Shown piece after piece: positions 61,224-64,000 of a stretch of 64,000 nucleotides of DNA. The stretch's first letter is position 1. Each line of letters opens with the position of its first letter. The translations under genes were made by a program, and so were the position numbers. A model generated the notes under the pieces. The model was not told the DNA's origin. It did no database searches and saw only the letters and a program-made list of their open reading frames with translations. The DNA comes from Gekko japonicus (Eukaryota), in NCBI RefSeq assembly GCF_001447785.1, contig NW_015167058.1:2044672-2108671 (forward strand). Direction: 5' to 3'.

Positions 61224-61402
61224 CAGGCCCGTAGCTAACATGGGGCCCACGGGGCCCGGCCCCCTTGTGTTTCTTCTGGGCCCCCTCCCTCCAGGGCTGC
61301 CCCCAAAGTGCTCCAACTTACCACCTGCACTGTACTTCCATTTAATTAGCTGGCGGGCCCCCCCAAGGCCCCCTCCCAAAGAATTCCCTAGCTACGGGGC
61401 TG
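61224..61402. mobile_element. Nested hAT MITE
   Basis: TIRs CAGGCCCGTAGCTA / TAGCTACGGGGCTG; perfect 8-bp TSD GAAGCCAG. Confidence 0.85.
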
Positions 61403-61440
61403 GAAGCCAGTGTACAATGCAGGAAACAAAAAAGAACACC

Positions 61441-61708
61441 AAGCAATATCAAAGTCCAAATTGGAGTGCAATTCATCAATTCATCAAATTTTCTGAGCCA
61501 TAAAAAGCCGACGCGTAATCTGGATGCCTGTTGCCGCGTTTCGAATAATTCTTATTCAAGCATGGCTGTAATGGGACCCAGTCTCAAAAGCTGGCATACA
61601 CTAAGCCAGAATGGTCAGTCAAGGAGGATTAACACGGCTTTTTATGGCTCAAAAAATTTGATGAATTGCACTCCAATTTGGACTCCAATTTGGACTTTGA
61701 TATTGCTT
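61441..61708. mobile_element. Nested foldback element with ~65-bp inverted arms
   Basis: AAGCAATATCAAAGTCCAAATTGGAGTGCAATTCATC...AAAAAGCCG mirrored at 61634-61708. Confidence 0.75.
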
Positions 61709-62975
61709 CTATGCTGGAGTAGACACATGGAAAGACTGTGACTTGTTTCAATTATGATTTATTATTGCACTTTGGCCTATTGATTTATATCATACTTGTT
61801 ATGTTTATTTGATTTATATTATACTTGCTGTTATGCTTATTTGATCATTATATACTTGCTTACTTGCTTGTGCGTTATTATTTTTTGCCAGTGGTGTTCT
61901 TTTTTGTTTCCTATCTTGAGTATGCTGTTCAGGTGTGTATCTGTAAGCTGCAAACCTACGATGACATAGCAGCAGCGGAACTGGAAGAAGAAGCAGAAGA
62001 CAGCCAGTTCCACTGCGGGCCTGATAGAAGCCCTCCGAGGGCCTGTTCCAGCTGCATGTTTGACACCCCTGATCTATTGTGTAGCCTATTACTATGGTTA
62101 AAAAAAAGAATCACACCATGATAAAAAAAAACAAAAAACAGAACTTCTGGAGTCAGCCTGTCATATCCTAGTCTTTAAAAAAACACCCAAGGCACCATTA
62201 TGGTCTCTTGGATTTTGCAGTCTGTTCTGGGAAGAAACTTTCTCATACACAAGTTCTATAAACTACCTCATCATGACTTAGCCTAGAAAAAGAAAGTGGT
62301 CATGTGCATGGAGGCCCATGTACGTGCAAGTCCTAAAGCCTGATGTGGCTCAAACTGCTGCTCATATTTCTTTTGTAGGTGTCTTGCACTGACTTGGGTT
62401 CCACTGGGAGCCATCTGGGCGATCCTGTTTTGTGTTACTTCAGCTACAGGGTGTACAGTGCAGATTATCATCTATTGCGTTGCAACAGCCCCATGTTCAT
62501 AGGAGGGAAGATGCATAAGCACAAAAGTTGACTGAAGGGTGTGCTAACTTTCTCCAACTGGAAGTTTCATAACAAGTGATTGACACCCCTGGATTTTAAA
62601 ATATTTGTGCTAGAGTTTCTGGCCACAAGCTTGATAGGCAGTTTCAGCACTTATAAGGAACACAATGTCCTGTTCTGTGACAGACAGTGAATCCAACCAG
62701 CTTTTTTCACTCAACTAATTTCCCTTCTGACTACTGTTCCCATCCCACATGGCTTTTGTCCATGCAAGTCCCATGATGGAAACCACTAATGGAAAAGCTG
62801 GTTGGCTCAAACCCATAGCACAGAAATTGGTGAACTCTTAACTTAATATGTTACTGCTAGCCTTAGAACAACATTTAAAGTTAACCTCCATGTTCAGAAA
62901 AAACAAACCACAAGCCACAGTCCTGCCCGTATTAGGTCAGACTGCAGAGAGAGGAATGCATCTTTGCTTTCCTAT

Positions 62976-63528
62976 GGCCCTGGTCACACGGAATGTTTGC
63001 CACGCTGAAAGCACGATTATCCCGCGGAGTTTTCTGGCACGATCACACCGGAACATCGGGGAGGCGTAGCGCTCCCGTGGCTAACCCGTGGCTTCTCGCC
63101 GAAGATGCGGAGTAAAAAATTACCACATATGAGGTACTAGTTTCTGGAAAACGTGGGGCAAGGGTGGGCGTCTGATCGTGTTTCCGCATGAATCCTGTGG
63201 CATCAGGCGCTTGTCCATGTCCTGTCGCAAACCAGATGGGTTTTTTTTTTGTAAGTCTCCACAGGATGCGCACAAACTAACGTGCATGCGCAAACTTCGG
63301 CGAGAAAAAAAATCCCGTTTGCCACAGAAGCGGCGCCAAGCGATTGCCGGTGTGATCACGCCGCACTGCTTCTTTGGCGCACTGCAGGATAGCCGTGTGA
63401 TCGGCACCTAACGGCCTAACCATGGGACCTCAATGAGACATGTGATCAGGCTGCTGCGCGTTACTTTCCTCCGAGGCTAACAGCCACGCTCCCCCCCCCC
63501 GCATTTTCCGGCCCGTGTGACCGGGACC
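62976..63528. mobile_element. CpG-rich Harbinger-like MITE
   Basis: TIRs GGCCCTGGTCACACGG / CCGTGTGACCGGGACC; 3-bp TSD TAT. Confidence 0.75.
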
Positions 63529-63794
63529 TATGTTTGTTTTTTAAAACTGTGCATGTATAAAGATATCATAGCAGGGGGGAAGGGTCTAGCTTAGCCTTTC
63601 CAATTTGCTTTTTTTGAAATGCACAGCATTTTTAACTAGGGAAGCAGTCAAACAATTAGGGAAGCAGTCAAGCTGGAGTTCCAGAAAGTCATGGTTTTCT
63701 GGGAAATAGAGATTAAAAATGTAGTCCTCTCTCCTGTTTGCATCCTGAAAGGATTTGATGACAGGAGGGGAAAAATCTGTAACCCTTCTCTCAG

Positions 63795-63797
63795 CAC

Positions 63798-63860
<63 letters not shown>
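63795..63860. repeat. Compound (CA)n(GA)n microsatellite
   Basis: Direct inspection. Confidence 0.95.
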
Positions 63861-63864
<4 letters not shown>

Positions 63865-64000
63865 ACTCTTGGCATGGTTTAATTTGAGCCAGGTCACAGC
63901 CTCTGAATCTGGAACAGGTGAAATAAGAGAGTGCCTTTGAACATATGCTTAGTGATTCCGCCCTAATCACTGAGTAACTGCAGAATGTCTTCACATGTCT

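Larger units (their letters stand above)
60916..62071. mobile_element. hAT (Charlie-like) non-autonomous element with nested insertions
   Basis: TIRs CAGGGGTGTCGAAC / GTTTGACACCCCTG; TSD ATCTATTT / ATCTATTG. Confidence 0.82.

Overview
Vertebrate genomic DNA, almost certainly a squamate reptile (Sauria SINEs, RTE-BovB, CR1/L2/Penelope-like repeats; gecko-like repeat mix is my inference), with three assembly gaps. Gene content: (1) HSBP1L1 on + (4 coding exons, 70 aa) whose second intron is a minor-spliceosome AT-AC intron with a 54-bp tandem array ending in its branch site; (2) TXNL4A/Dim1 on - (3 coding exons, 142 aa, plus a probable non-coding first exon at ~31.1 kb) with a full-length ~6.5-kb L1 retrotransposon inserted antisense in an intron; (3) a tandem array of three glyoxylate/hydroxypyruvate-reductase-like (D-2-hydroxyacid dehydrogenase) genes on +: one multiply disabled pseudogene, one intact 328-aa gene, and the first coding exon of a third copy that continues beyond the window. 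The rest is repeats: BovB, L2, CR1, an ORF1-only L1-like remnant, Sauria/tRNA/5S-derived SINEs, hAT, Harbinger-like and Tc1/mariner-like MITEs, a solo LTR, Penelope-like foldbacks with degenerate hammerhead cores, and a 37-nt U2 snRNA retrocopy. I see no evidence of a wholly new biological system; the best leads are the dehydrogenase birth-and-death cluster and its promoter usage, and the repeat-embedded U12 branch site. All family assignments are from recalled motifs, not database searches.
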